Shown here piece by piece: positions 12,501 through 24,500 of a DNA stretch of 64,000 nucleotides. Origin of the DNA: Eledone cirrhosa. Taxonomy: Eukaryota. Position 1 is the first letter of the stretch. Each line of letters starts with the position of its first letter. The translations under genes were made by a program, and so were the position numbers. Below the pieces are notes generated by a model that was not told where the DNA came from, searched no databases, and worked only from the letters and a program-made list of their open reading frames with translations. The stretch covers positions 135,656,001-135,720,000 of the forward strand of contig OZ024743.1 in the NCBI GenBank assembly GCA_964016885.1, read 5' to 3'.

Positions 12501-15500
12501 TGGTGCTTGGTGCTTGGTGTTTGGTGTTTGGTGCTTGGTATTTGGTGCTTAGTGATTGGTGTTTGGTGTTTGGTGCTTGGTGTTTGGTGCTTGCTACGTG
12601 GTGCTTGGTGCTTGGTGTTAGGTGTTTGGTGCTTGGTGCGTGGTGTTTGGTTTTTTGTGCTTGGTGCTTGGTGTTTGGTGATTGGTGCTTGCTGCTGGCT
12701 GCTTGGTGTTTGGTGCTTGGTGAATGGTGCTTGGTGTTTGGTGCTTGGTGTTTGGTGTTTGGTGCTAGGTGCTTGGTGCTTGGTGTTTGGTGATGATTGG
12801 TGCTTGGTGTTTGGTGTTTGGTGCTTGGTGCTTGGTGTTTGGTGCTTGGTGCTGGGTGGTTGGTGTTTGGTGCTTGGTGTTTGGTGCTGGGTGCTTGGTG
12901 TTTGGTGATTGGTGCTTGGTCTTTGGTGCTTGGTGTTTGTTGTTTGGTGCTTGGTGCTTGGTGCCTGGTGTTTGGTGCTTGGTGCTTGGTGTTTGGTGCT
13001 TGGTGCTTAGTGTTTGGTGCTAGGTGCTTGGGGTTTGGTGTTTAGTGCTTGGTGCTTGGTGTTTGGTGCTTGGTGCTTGGTGCTTGGTCTTTGGTGTTTG
13101 GTGTTTAGTGCTTGGTGCTTGGTGCTTGGTGTTTGGTGCTTGGTGCTTGGTGCATTGTGATTAGTGTTTGGTGCTTGGTGCTTGGGGTTTGGTGTTTGGT
13201 GCTTGGTGCTTGGTGTTTGGTGATTGGTACTTGGTGTTTGGTGCTTGGTGTTTGCTGTTTGCTGTTTGGTGTTTTTGGTGTTTGCTGTTTGCTGTTTGGT
13301 GTCTGCTTTTTGGTGTTTGGTGTTTGCTCTATGGTGTTTGCTGTTTCATGTTTGGTGTTTGCTGTTTGGTGTTTGGTGTTTGCTGTTTGGTGTTTGGTCT
13401 TTGGTGCTTGGTCTTTGGTGCTTGGTGTTTGGTGCTTGGTGCTTGGTGTTTGGTGTTTGGTGCTTGGTGACTGGTGCTTGTTGTTTGGTGATTGGTGCTT
13501 GGTGTTTGCTGTTTGGTGTTTGGTGTTTGGTGTTTGCTGTTTGGTGTTTGGTGCTTGGTGCTTGGTGCTTGGTGTTTGGTGCTTGGTGCTTGGTGTTTGG
13601 TGCTTGGTGCTTGGTGTTTGGTGCTTGGTGCCTGGTGCTTGTTGTTTGGTGATTGGTGCTTGGTGTTTGCTGTTTGGTGTTTGGTGTTTGGTGTTTGCTG
13701 TTTGGTGTTTGGTGCTGGGTGCTTGGTGTTTGGTGTTTGATGCTTGGTGTTTGATGCTTGGTGCTTGGTGCTTGGTGTTTGCTGTTTGGTGTTTGCTGTT
13801 TGGTGTTTGGTGCTTGGTGCTTGGTGCTTGGTGTTTGGTGCTTGGTGCTTGGTGTTTGGTGCTTGGTGCTTGATGGTTGGTGTTTATACTTGGTGCTTGG
13901 TGCTTGGTGTTTTGTGCTTGATTCTTGGTGTTTGGTGCTTGGTGTTTGCTGCTTGGTGCTTGGTGTTAAGTGTTTGGTGCTTGGTGTTTGATGTTTGGTG
14001 CTTCATGCTTGGTGCTTGGTGTTTGGTGCTTGGTGCCTGGTGCATGGTGTTTGGTGCTTGATGCTTGGTGTTTGGTGTTTGGTGTTTGTTGTTTGGTGTT
14101 TGGTGCTTGGTGTTTGGTGCTTGGTGCTTGGTGTTTGGTGCTAGGTGCTTGGTGCTTGGTGCTTGGTGTTTGGTGTTTGGTGCTTGGTACTTGGGGCTTG
14201 GTGTTTGGTGCTTGGTGCTTCGTGCTTGGTGTTTCCTGTTTGGTGTTTAGTCTTTGGTGTTTGGTGTTTGGTGCTTGGTGCTTGGTGTTTGGTGTTTGGT
14301 GCTTGGGGCTTGGTGTTTGGTGCTGCGTGCTTGGTGCTTGGTGCTTGGTGCTTGGTGCTTGGTGTTTGGTGTTTGATGATTGGTGTTTGGTGTTTGGTGT
14401 TTGGTGCTTGGTGCTTGGTGTTTGGTGTTTGATGCTTGCTGCTTGATGCTTGGTGCTTGGTGCTTCGTGTTTGGTGCTTGGTGCTTGGTGTTTGGTGCTT
14501 GGTACTTGGTGTTTGGTGCTTGGTGTTTGCTGTTTGCTGTTTGGTGTTTGGTGTTTGCTGTATCGTGTTTGCTGTTTCGTGTTTATTGTTTGCTGTTTGG
14601 TGTTTGGTGTTTGGTGTTTGGTGTTTCCTGTTTGGTGTTTAGTCTTTGGTGCTTGGTGTTTGGTGTTTGGTGCTTGGTGTTTGGTGTTTGGTGCTTGGTG
14701 CTTGGTGTTTGGTGCTTGGTGCTTGTTGTTTGGTGATTGGTGCTTGGTGCTTGGTGTTTGGTGTTTGGTGCTTGGGGCTTGGTGTTTGGTGCTTGGTGCT
14801 TGGTGCTTGGTGCTTGGTGCTTGGTGTTTGGTGCTTGGTGCTTGGTGTTTGGTGTTTGATGCTTCCTGCTTGATGCTTGGTGCTTGGTGTTTGGTGCTTC
14901 GTGCTTGGTGTTTGGTGCTTGGTACTTGGTGTTTGGTTCTTGGTGTTTGCTGTTTGCTGTTTGGTGTTTGGTGTTTGCTGTTTGCTGTTTGGTGTCTGCT
15001 TTTTGGTGTTTGTTGTTTGCTCTATGGTGTTTGCTGTTTCATGTTTGGTGTTTGCTGTTTGGTGTTTGTTGTTTGGTGTTTGGTGCTTGGTGTTTGGTGC
15101 TTGGTGCTTGGTGTTTGGTGCTAGGTGCTTGGTGCTTGGTGCTTGGTGTTTGGTGTTTGGTGCTTGGTACTTGGGGCTTGGTGTTTGGTGCTTGGTGCTT
15201 CGTGCTTGGTGTTTGGTGCTTGGTGCTTGGTGTTTGGTGTTTGGTGCTTGGTGCCTGGTGCTTGTTGTTTGGTGATTGGTGCTTGGTGTTTGCTGTTTGG
15301 TGCTGCGTGCTTGGTGCTTGGTGCTTGGTGCTTGGTGCTTGGTGTTTTGTGTTTGGTGTTTGATGCTTGGTGTTTGGTGTTTGGTGCTTGGTGCTTTGTG
15401 TTTGGTGTTTGATGCTTGGTGCTTGATGCTTGGTGCTTGGTGCTTGGTGTTTGGTGCTTGGTGCTTGGTGTTTGTACTTGGTGTTTGGTGCTTGGTGTTT

Positions 15501-18500
15501 GGAGCTTGGTGCCTGGTGCGTGGTGTTTGTTGCTTGGTGCTTGGTGTTTGGTGTTTGGTGCTTGGTGTTTGGTGCTTGGTGCTTGGTGTTAGGTGTTAGG
15601 TGTTTGGTGCTTTGTGCTTGGTGCTTGGTGTTTGGTGTTTGGTGTTTGGCGCTTGCTGCTTGCTGCTTGGTGTTTGGTGCTTGGTGATTGGTGCTTGGTG
15701 TTTGGTGCTTGGTGCTTGGTGTTTGGTGCTAGGTGCTTGGTGCTTGTTGCTTGGTGTTTGGTGTTTGGTGCTTGGTACTTGGGGCTTGGTGTTTGGTGCT
15801 TGGTGCTTCGTGTTTGGTGTTTGGTGCTTGGTGCTTGGTGTTTGGTGTTTGGTGCTTGGTGTTTGGTGCTTGGTGCTTGGTGCTTGGTGCTTGGTGTTTG
15901 GTGCTTGGTGCTTGGTGCTTTGTGTTTGGTGATTGGTGTTTGGTGTTTGGTGCTTGGTGCTTGGTGTTTGGTGCTTGGTGCTTGGTGATTAGTGTTTGGT
16001 GCTTGGTGCTTGGTGCTTGGTGCTTGGTTCTTGGTGTTTGGTGGTCGGTGCTTGGTGCTTGGTGTTTGGTGCTTGGTGCTTGGTGTTTGGTGCTTGGTGT
16101 TTGGTGCTTGGTGTTTGGTGCTTGGTGCTTGGTGCTTGGTGCATGGTGCTTGGTGTTTGGTGCTTGGTGTTTGGTGCTTGGTGTTAGGAGTTTGGTGCTT
16201 GGTGCTTGGTGTTTGGTGTTTGGTGCTTGGTATTTGGTGCTTAGTGATTGGTGTTTGGTGTTTGGTGCTTGGTGTTTGGTGCTTGCTACGTGGTGCTTGG
16301 TGCTTGGTGTTAGGTGTTTGGTGCTTGGTGCGTGGTGTTTGGTTTTTGGTGCTTGGTGCTTGGTGTTTGGTGATTGGTGCTTGCTGCTGGCTGCTTGGTG
16401 TTTGGTGCTTGGTGAATGGTGTTTGGTGTTTGGTGCTTGGTGTTTGGTGTTTGGTGCTAGGTGCTTGGTGCTTGGTGTTTGGTGATGATTGGTGCTTGGT
16501 GTTTGGTGTTTGGTGCTTGGTGCTTGGTGTTTGGTGTTTGGTGCTGGGTGCTTGGTGTTTGGTGATTGGTGCTTGGTCTTTGGTGCTTGGTGTTTGTTGT
16601 TTGGTGCTTGGTGCTTGGTGCTTGGTGTTTGGTGCTTGGTGCTTGGTGTTTGGTGCTTGGTGCTTAGTGTTTGGTGCTAGGTGCTTGGGGTTTGGTGTTT
16701 AGTGCTTGGTGCTTGGTGTTTGGTGCTTGGTGCTTGGTGCTTGGTCTTTGGTGTTTGGTGTTTAGTGCTTGGTGCTTGGTGCTTGGTGTTTGGTGCTTGG
16801 TGCTTGGTGCATTGTGATTAGTGTTTGGTGCTTGGTGCTTGGGGTTTGGTGTTTGGTGCTTGGTGCTTGGTGTTTGGTGATTGGTACTTGGTGTTTGGTG
16901 CTTGGTGTTTGCTGTTTGCTGTTTGGTGTTTTTGGTGTTTGCTGTTTGCTGTATGGTGTCTGCTTTTTGGTGTTTGGTGTTTGCTCTATGGTGTTTGCTG
17001 TTTCATGTTTGGTGTTTGCTGTTTGGTGTTTGGTGTTTGCTGTTTGGTGTTTGGTCTTTGGTGCTTGGTCTTTGGTGCTTGTGTTTGGTGCTTGGTGCTT
17101 GGTGTTTGGTGCTTGGTGTTTGCTGTTTGGTGTTTGGTGTTTGGTGTTTGCTGTTTGGTGTTTGGTGCTTGGTGCTTGGTGCTTGGTGTTTGGTGCTTGG
17201 TGCTTGGTGTTTGGTGCTTGGTGCTTGGTGTTTGTTGCTTGGTGCCTGGTGCTTGTTGTTTGGTGATTGGTGCTTGGTGTTTGCTGTTTGGTGTTTGGTG
17301 TTTGGTGTTTGCTGTTTGGTGTTTGGTGCTGGGTGCTTGGTGTTTGATGTTTGATGCTTGGTGTTTGATGCTTGGTGCTTGGTGCTTGGTGTTTGCTGTT
17401 TGGTGTTTGCTGTTTGGTGTTTGGTGCTTGGTGCTTGGTGCTTGGTGTTTGGTGCTTGGTGCTTGGTGTTTGGTGCTTGGTGCTTGATGGTTGGTGTTTA
17501 TACTTGGTGCTTGGTGCTTGGTGTTTTGTGCTTGATTCTTGGTGTTTGGTGCTTGGTGTTTGCTGCTTGGTGCTTGGTGTTAAGTGTTTGGTGCTTGGTG
17601 TTTGATGTTTGGTGCTTCATGCTTGGTGCTTGGTGTTTGGTGCTTGGTGCCTGTTGCATGGTGTTTGGTGCTTGATGCTTGGTGTTTGTTGTTTGGTGCT
17701 TGGTGTTTGGTGCTTGGTGCTTGGTGATTGGTGTTAGGTGTTAGGTGTTTGATGCTTGGTGCTTGGTGTTTGGTGTTTGCTGTTTGGTGTTTGCTGTTTG
17801 GTGTTTGGTCTTTGGTGCTTGGTGTTTGGTGCTAGGTGCTTGGTGCTTGGTGCTTGTTGTTTGGTGTTTGGTGCTTGGTGCCTGGTGCTTGTTGTTTGGT
17901 GTTTGGTGTTTGCTGTTTTGTGTTTGGTGCTTGGTGCTTGGTGCTTGGTGTTTGGTGCTTGGTGCTTGGTGTTTGGTGCTTGGTGCTTGATGCTTGGTGT
18001 TTGTACTTGGTGCTTGGTGCATGGTGTTTTGTGCTTGATTCTTGGTGTTTGGTGCTTGGTGTTTGGTGATTAGTGCTTGGTGTTTGGTGTTTGGTGCTTG
18101 GTGTTTGGTGCTTGGTGCTTGGTGCTTGGTGTTTGGTGTTTGGTGCTTCATGCTTGGTGCTTGGTGTTTGGTGCTTGGTGCTTGGTGTTTGGTGCTTGGT
18201 GCCTGGTGCATGGTGTTTGGTGCTTGATGCTTGGTGTTTGGTGTTTGGTGCTTGGTGTTTGGGGCTTGGTGCTTGGTGCTTGGTGTTAGGTGTTAGGTGT
18301 TTGGTGATTGGTGCTTGGTGTTTGGTGCTTGGTGATTGATGTTTGGTGCTTGGTGCTTGGTGTTTGGTGCTTGGTGTTTGGTGCTTGGTACTTGGGGCTT
18401 GGTGTTTGGTGCTTGGTGCTTGGTGCTTGGTGTTTGGTGCTTGGTGCTTGGTGTTTGGTGTTTGGTGCTTGGTACCTGGTGCTTGGTGCTTGGTGCTGGG

Positions 18501-21500
18501 TGGTTGGTGTTTGGTGCTTGGTGCTTGGTGTTTGGTGCTTGGTGCTTGGTGCTTGGTGTTTGGTGCTTGGCGCTTGGTGCTTGGTGTTTGGTGCTTGGTG
18601 ATTAGTGTTTGGTGCTTGGTGCTTGGGGTTTGGTGTTTGGTGCTTGGTGCTTGGTGTTTGGTGCTTGGTGCTCGGTGTTTGGTGCTTGGTGTTTGGTTTT
18701 TGATGTTTGGTGTTTGGTGTTTGCTGTTTGGTGTCTGCTTTCTGGTGTTTGGTGTTTGTTGTATCGTGTTTGCTGTTTCGTGTTTATTGTTTGCTGTTTG
18801 GTGTTTGTTGTTTGGTGTTTGGTGTTTCCTGTTTGGTGTTTAGTCTTTGGTGTTTGGTGTTTGGTGCTTGGTGCTTGGTGTTTGGTGTTTGGTGCTTGGG
18901 GCTTGGTGTTTGGTGCTGCGTGCTTGGTGCTTGGTGCTTGGTGCTTGGTGCTTGGTGTTTGGTGTTTGATGATTGGTGTTTGGTGTTTGGTGTTTGGTGC
19001 TTGGTGCTTGGTGTTTGGTGTTTGATGCTTGCTGCTTGATGCTTGGTGCTTGGTGCTTGGTGTTTGGTGCTTGGTGCTTGGTGTTTGGTGCTTGGTACTT
19101 GGTGTTTGGTGCTTGGTGTTTGCTGTTTGCTGTTTGGTGTTTGGTGTTTGCTGTTTGCTGTTTGGTGTCTGCTTTTTGGTGTTTGTTGTTTGCTCTATGG
19201 TGTTTGCTGTTTCATGTTTGGTGTTTGCTGTTTGGTGTTTGGTGTTTGCTGTTTGGTGTTTGGTGCTTGGTGTTTGGTGCTTGGTGCTTGTTGTTTGGTG
19301 ATTGGTGCTTGGTGCTTGGTGTTTGCTGTTTGGTGCTTGGGGCTTGGTGTTTGGTGCTGCGTGCTTGGTGCTTGGTGCTTGGTGTTTGGTGTTTGATGAT
19401 TGGCGTTTGGTGTTTGGTGTTTGGTGCTTGGTGCTTGGTGTTTGGTGTTTGATGCTTGCTGCTTGATGCTTGGTGCTTGGTGCTTGGTGTTTGGTGCTTG
19501 GTGCTTGGTGTTTGGTGCTTGGTACTTGGTGTTTGGTGCTTGGTGTTTGCTGTTTGCTGTTTGGTGTTTGGTGTTTGCTGTTTGCTGTTTGGTGTCTGCT
19601 TTTTGGTGTTTGTTGTTTGCTCTATGGTGTTTGCTGTTTCGTGTTTGGTGTTTGCTGTTTGGTGTTTGGTGTTTGCTGTTTGGTGTTTGGTGCTTGGTGT
19701 TTGGTGCTTGGTGCTTGGTGTTTGGTGCTAGGTGCTTGGTGTTTGGTGCTTGGTGTTTGGTGTTTGGTGCTTGGTACTTGGGGCTTGGTGTTTGGTGCTT
19801 GGTGCTTCGTGCTTGGTGTTTGGTGCTTGGTGCCTGGTGCTTGTTGTTTGGTGATTGGTGCTTGGTGTTTGCTGTTTGGTGCTGCGTGCTTGGTGCTTGG
19901 TGCTTGGTGCTTGGTGCTTGGTGTTTTGTGTTTGGTGTTTGATGCTTGGTGTTTGGTGTTTGGTGCTTGATGCTTGGTGCTTGGTGTTTGGTGCTTGGTG
20001 CTTGGTGTTTGTACTTGGTGTTTGGTGCTTGGTGTTTGGTGCTTGGTGCTTGGTGTTTGGTGCTTGGTGCTTGGTGTTTGGTGTTTGGTGCTTGGTGTTT
20101 GGTGCTTGGTGCTTGGTGCTTGGTGTTAGGTGTTTGGTGCTTCATGCCTGGTGCTTGGTGTTTGGTGCTTGGTGCTTGGTGTTTGGTGTTTGGTGCTTCA
20201 TGCTTGGTGCTTGGTGTTTGGTGCTTGGTGCTTGGTGTTTGGTGCTTGGTGCCTGGTGCATGGTGTTTGGTGCTTGATGCTTGGTGCTTGGTGTTTGGTG
20301 CTTGGTGCCTGGTGCTTGTTGTTTGGTGATTGGTGCTTGGTGTTTGCTGTTTGGTGCTGCGTGCTTGGTGCTTGGTGCTTGGTGCTTGGTGCTTGGTGTT
20401 TTGTGTTTGGTGTTTGATGCTTGGTGTTTGGTGTTTGGTGCTTGGTGCTTGGTGTTTGGTGTTTGATGCTTGGTGCTTGATGCTTGGTGCTTGGTGCTTG
20501 GTGTTTGGTGCTTGGTGCTTGGTGTTTGTACTTGGTGTTTGGTGCTTGGTGTTTGGAGCTTGGTGCTTGGTGTTTGGTGCTTGGTGCTTGGTGTTTGGTG
20601 TTTGGTGCTTGGTGTTTGGTGCTTGGTGCTTGGTGTTTGGTGTTTGGTGCTTGGTGTTTGGTGTTTGGTGTTTGGTGCTTGGTGCTTGGTGCTTGGTGTT
20701 TGGTGATTGGTGTTTGGTGTTTGGTGCTTGGTGCTTGGTGTTTGGTGCTTGGTGCTTGGTGATTAGTGTTTGGTGCTTGGTGCTTGGGGTTTGGTGTTTG
20801 GTGCTTGGTGCTTGGTGCTTGGTGTTAGGTGTTTGGTGCTTCATGCCTGGTGCTTGGTGTTTGGTGCTTGGTGCATGGTGTTTGGTGCTTGGTGCCTGGT
20901 GCATGGTGTTTGTTGCTTGGTGCTTGGTGTTTGGTGTTTGGTGCTTGGTGTTTGGTGCTTGGTGCTTGGTGTTAGGTGTTAGGTGTTTGGTGCTTGGTGC
21001 TTGGTGCTTGGTGTTTGGTGTTTGGTGTTTGGCGCTTGCTGCTTGCTGCTTGGTGTTTGGTGCTTGGTGATTGGTGCTTGGTGTTTGGTGCTTGGTGCTT
21101 GGTGCTTGGTGTTTGGTGCTAGGTGCTTGGTGCTTGGTGCTTGGTGTTTGGTGTTTTGTGCTTGGTACTTTTGGCTTGGTGTTTGGTGCTTGGTGCTTCG
21201 TGTTTGGTGTTTGGTGCTTGGTGCTTGGTGTTTGGTGTTTGGTGCTTGGTGTTTGGTGCTTGGTGCTTGGTGCTTGGTGCTTGGTGTTTGGTGCTTGGTG
21301 CTTGGTGCTTGGTGTTTGGTGATTGGTGTTTGGTGTTTGGTGCTTGGTGCTTGGTGTTTGGTGCTTGGTGCTTGGTGATTAGTGTTTGGTGCTTGGTGCT
21401 TGGGGTTTGGTGTTTGGTGCTTGGTGCTTGGTGCTTGGTGCTTGGTTCTTGGTGTTTGGTGCTTGGTGCTTGGTGCTTGGTGTTTGGTGCTTGGTGCTTG

Positions 21501-24500
21501 GTGTTTGGTGCTTGGTGTTTGGTGCTTGGTGTTTGGTGCTTGGTGCTTGGTGCTTGGTGCATGGTGCTTGGTGTTTGGTGCTTGGTGTTTGGTGCTTGGT
21601 GTTAGGAGTTTTGTGCTTGGTGCTTGGTGTTTGGTGTTTGGTGCTTGGTATTTGGTGCTTGGTGCTTGGTGTTTGGTGTTTGGTGCTTGGTGTTTGGTGC
21701 TTGCTACGTGGTGCTTGGTGCTTGGTGTTAGGTGTTTGGTGCTTGGTGCGTGGTGTTTGGTTTTTGGTGCTTGGTGCTTGGTGTTTGGTGTTTGGTGCTT
21801 GCTGCTGGCTGCTTGGTGTTTGGTGCTTGGTGATTGGTGCTTGGTGTTTGGTGCTTGGTGTTTGGTGTTTGGTGCTAGGTGCTTGGTGCTTGGTGTTTGG
21901 TGATGATTGGTGCTTGGTGCTTGGTCTTTGGTGCTTGGTGTTTGGTGTTTGGTGCTTGGTGCTTGGTGCTTGGTGTTTGGTGCTTGGTGCTTGGTGTTTG
22001 GTGCTTGGTGCTTAGTGTTTGGTGCTAGGTGCTTGGGGTTTGGTGTTTAGTGCTTGGTGCTTGGTGTTTGGTGCTTGGTGCTTGGTGCTTGGTCTTTGGT
22101 GTTTGGTGTTTAGTGTTTGGTGCTTGGTGCTTGGTGATTGGTGCTTGGTGCTTGGTGCATTGTGATTAGTGTTTGGTGCTTGGTGCTTGGGGTTTGGTGT
22201 TTGGTGCTTGGTGCTTGGTGTTTGGTGATTGGTACTTGGTGTTTGGTGCTTGGTGTTTGCTGTTTGCTGTTTGGTGTTTTTGGTGTTTGCTGTTTGCTGT
22301 TTGGTGTCTGCTTTTTGGTGTTTGGTGTTTGCTCTATGGTGTTTGCTGTTTCATGTTTGGTGTTTGCTGTTTGGTGTTTGGTGTTTGCTGTTTGGTGTTT
22401 GGTCTTTGGTGCTTGGTCTTTGATGCTTGGTGTTTGGTGCTTGGTGCTTGGTGTTTGGTGTTTGGTGCGTGGTGACTGGTGCTTGTTGTTTGGTGATTGG
22501 TGCTTGGTGTTTGCTGTTTGGTGTTTGGTGTTTGGTGTTTGCTGTTTGGTGTTTGGTGCTTGGTGCTTGGTGCTTGGTGTTTGGTGCTTGGTGCTTGGTG
22601 TTTGGTGCTTGGTGCTTGGTGTTTGGTGCTTGGTGCCTGGTGCTTGTTGTTTGGTGATTGGTGCTTGGTGTTTGCTGTCTGGTGTTTGTTGTTTGGTGTT
22701 TGCTGTTTGGTGTTTGGTGCTGGGTGCTTGGTGTTTGTTGTTTGATGCTTGGTGTTTGATGCTTGGTGCTTGGTGCTTGGTGTTTGGTGTATGGTGTTTG
22801 CTGTTTGGTGTTTGGTGCTTGGTGCTTGGTGCTTGGTGTTTGGTGCTTGGTGCTTGGTGCTTGGTGCTTGGTGCTTGGTGTTTGGTGCTTGGCGCTTGGT
22901 GCTTGGTGTTTGGTGCTTGGTGATTAGTGTTTGGTGCTTGGTGCTTGGGGTTTGGTGTTTGGTGCTTGGTGCTTGGTGTTTGGTGCTTGGTGCTCGGTGT
23001 TTGGTGCTTGGTGTTTGGTTTTTGCTGTTTGGTGTTTGGTGTTTGCTGTTTGGTGTCTGCTTTCTGGTGTTTGGTGTTTGCTGTATCATGTTTGCTGTTT
23101 CGTGTTTATTGTTTGCTGTTTGGTGTTTGTTGTTTGGTGTTTGGTGTTTCCTGTTTGGTGTTTAGTCTTTGGTGTTTGGTGTTTGGTGCTTGGTGCTTGG
23201 TGTTTGGTGTTTGGTGCTTGGGGCTTGGTGTTTGGTGCTGCGTGCTTGGTGCTTGGTGCTTGGTGCTTGGTGCTTGGTGTTTGGTGTTTGATGATTGGTG
23301 TTTGGTGTTTGGTGTTTGGTGCTTGGTGCTTGGTGTTTGGTGTTTGATGCTTGCTGCTTGATGCTTGGTGCTTGGTGCTTGGTGTTTGGTGCTTGGTGCT
23401 TGGTGTTTGGTGCTTGGTACTTGGTGTTTGGTGCTTGGTGTTTGCTGTTTGCTGTTTGGTGTTTGGTGTTTGCTGTTTGATGTTTGGTGTCTGCTTTTTG
23501 GTGTTTGTTGTTTGCTCTATGGTGTTTGCTGTTTCATGTTTGGTGTTTGCTGTTTGGTGTTTGGTGTTTGCTGTTTGGTGTTTGGTGCTTGGTGTTTGGT
23601 GCTTGGTGCTTGTTGTTTGGTGATTGGTGCTTGGTGCTTGGTGTTTGCTGTTTGGTGCTTGGGGCTTGGTGTTTGGTGCTGCGTGCTTGGTGCTTGGTGC
23701 TTGGTGTTTGGTGTTTGATGATTGGCGTTTGGTGTTTGGTGTTTGGTGCTTGGTGCTTGGTGTTTGGTGTTTGATGCTTGCTGCTTGATGCTTGGTGCTT
23801 GGTGCTTGGTGTTTGGTGCTTGGTGCTTGGTGTTTGGTGCTTGGTACTTTGTGTTTGGTGCTTGGTGTCTGCTTTTTGGTGTTTGTTGTTTGCTCTATGG
23901 TGTTTGCTGTTTCGTGTTTGGTGTTTGCTGTTTGGTTTTTGGTGTTTGCTGTTTGGTGTTTGGTGCTTGGTGTTTGGTGCTTGGTGCTTGGTGTTTGGTG
24001 CTAGGTGCTTGGTGTTTGGTGCTTGGTGTTTGGTGTTTGGTGCTTGGTACTTGGGGCTTGGTGTTTGGTGCTTGGTGCTTCGTGCTTGGTGTTTGGTGCT
24101 TGGTGCCTGGTGCTTGTTGTTTGGTGATTGGTGCTTGGTGTTTGCTGTTTGGTGCTGCGTGCTTGGTGCTTGGTGCTTGGTGCTTGGTGCTTGGTGTTTT
24201 GTGTTTGGTGTTTGATGCTTGGTGTTTGGTGTTTGGTGCTTGATGCTTGGTGTTTGGTGTTTGATGCTTGGTGCTTGATGCTTGGTGCTTGGTGCTTGGT
24301 GTTTGGTGCTTGGTGCTTGGTGTTTGTAGTTGGTGTTTGGTGCTTGGTGTTTGGTGCTTGGTGCTTGCTGTTTGGTGCTTGGTGCTTGGTGTTTGGTGTT
24401 TGGTGCTTGGTGTTTGGTGCTTGGTGCTTGGTGCTTGGTGTTAGGTGTTTGGTGCTTCATGCCTGGTGCTTGGTGTTTGGTGCTTGGTGCTTGGTGTTTG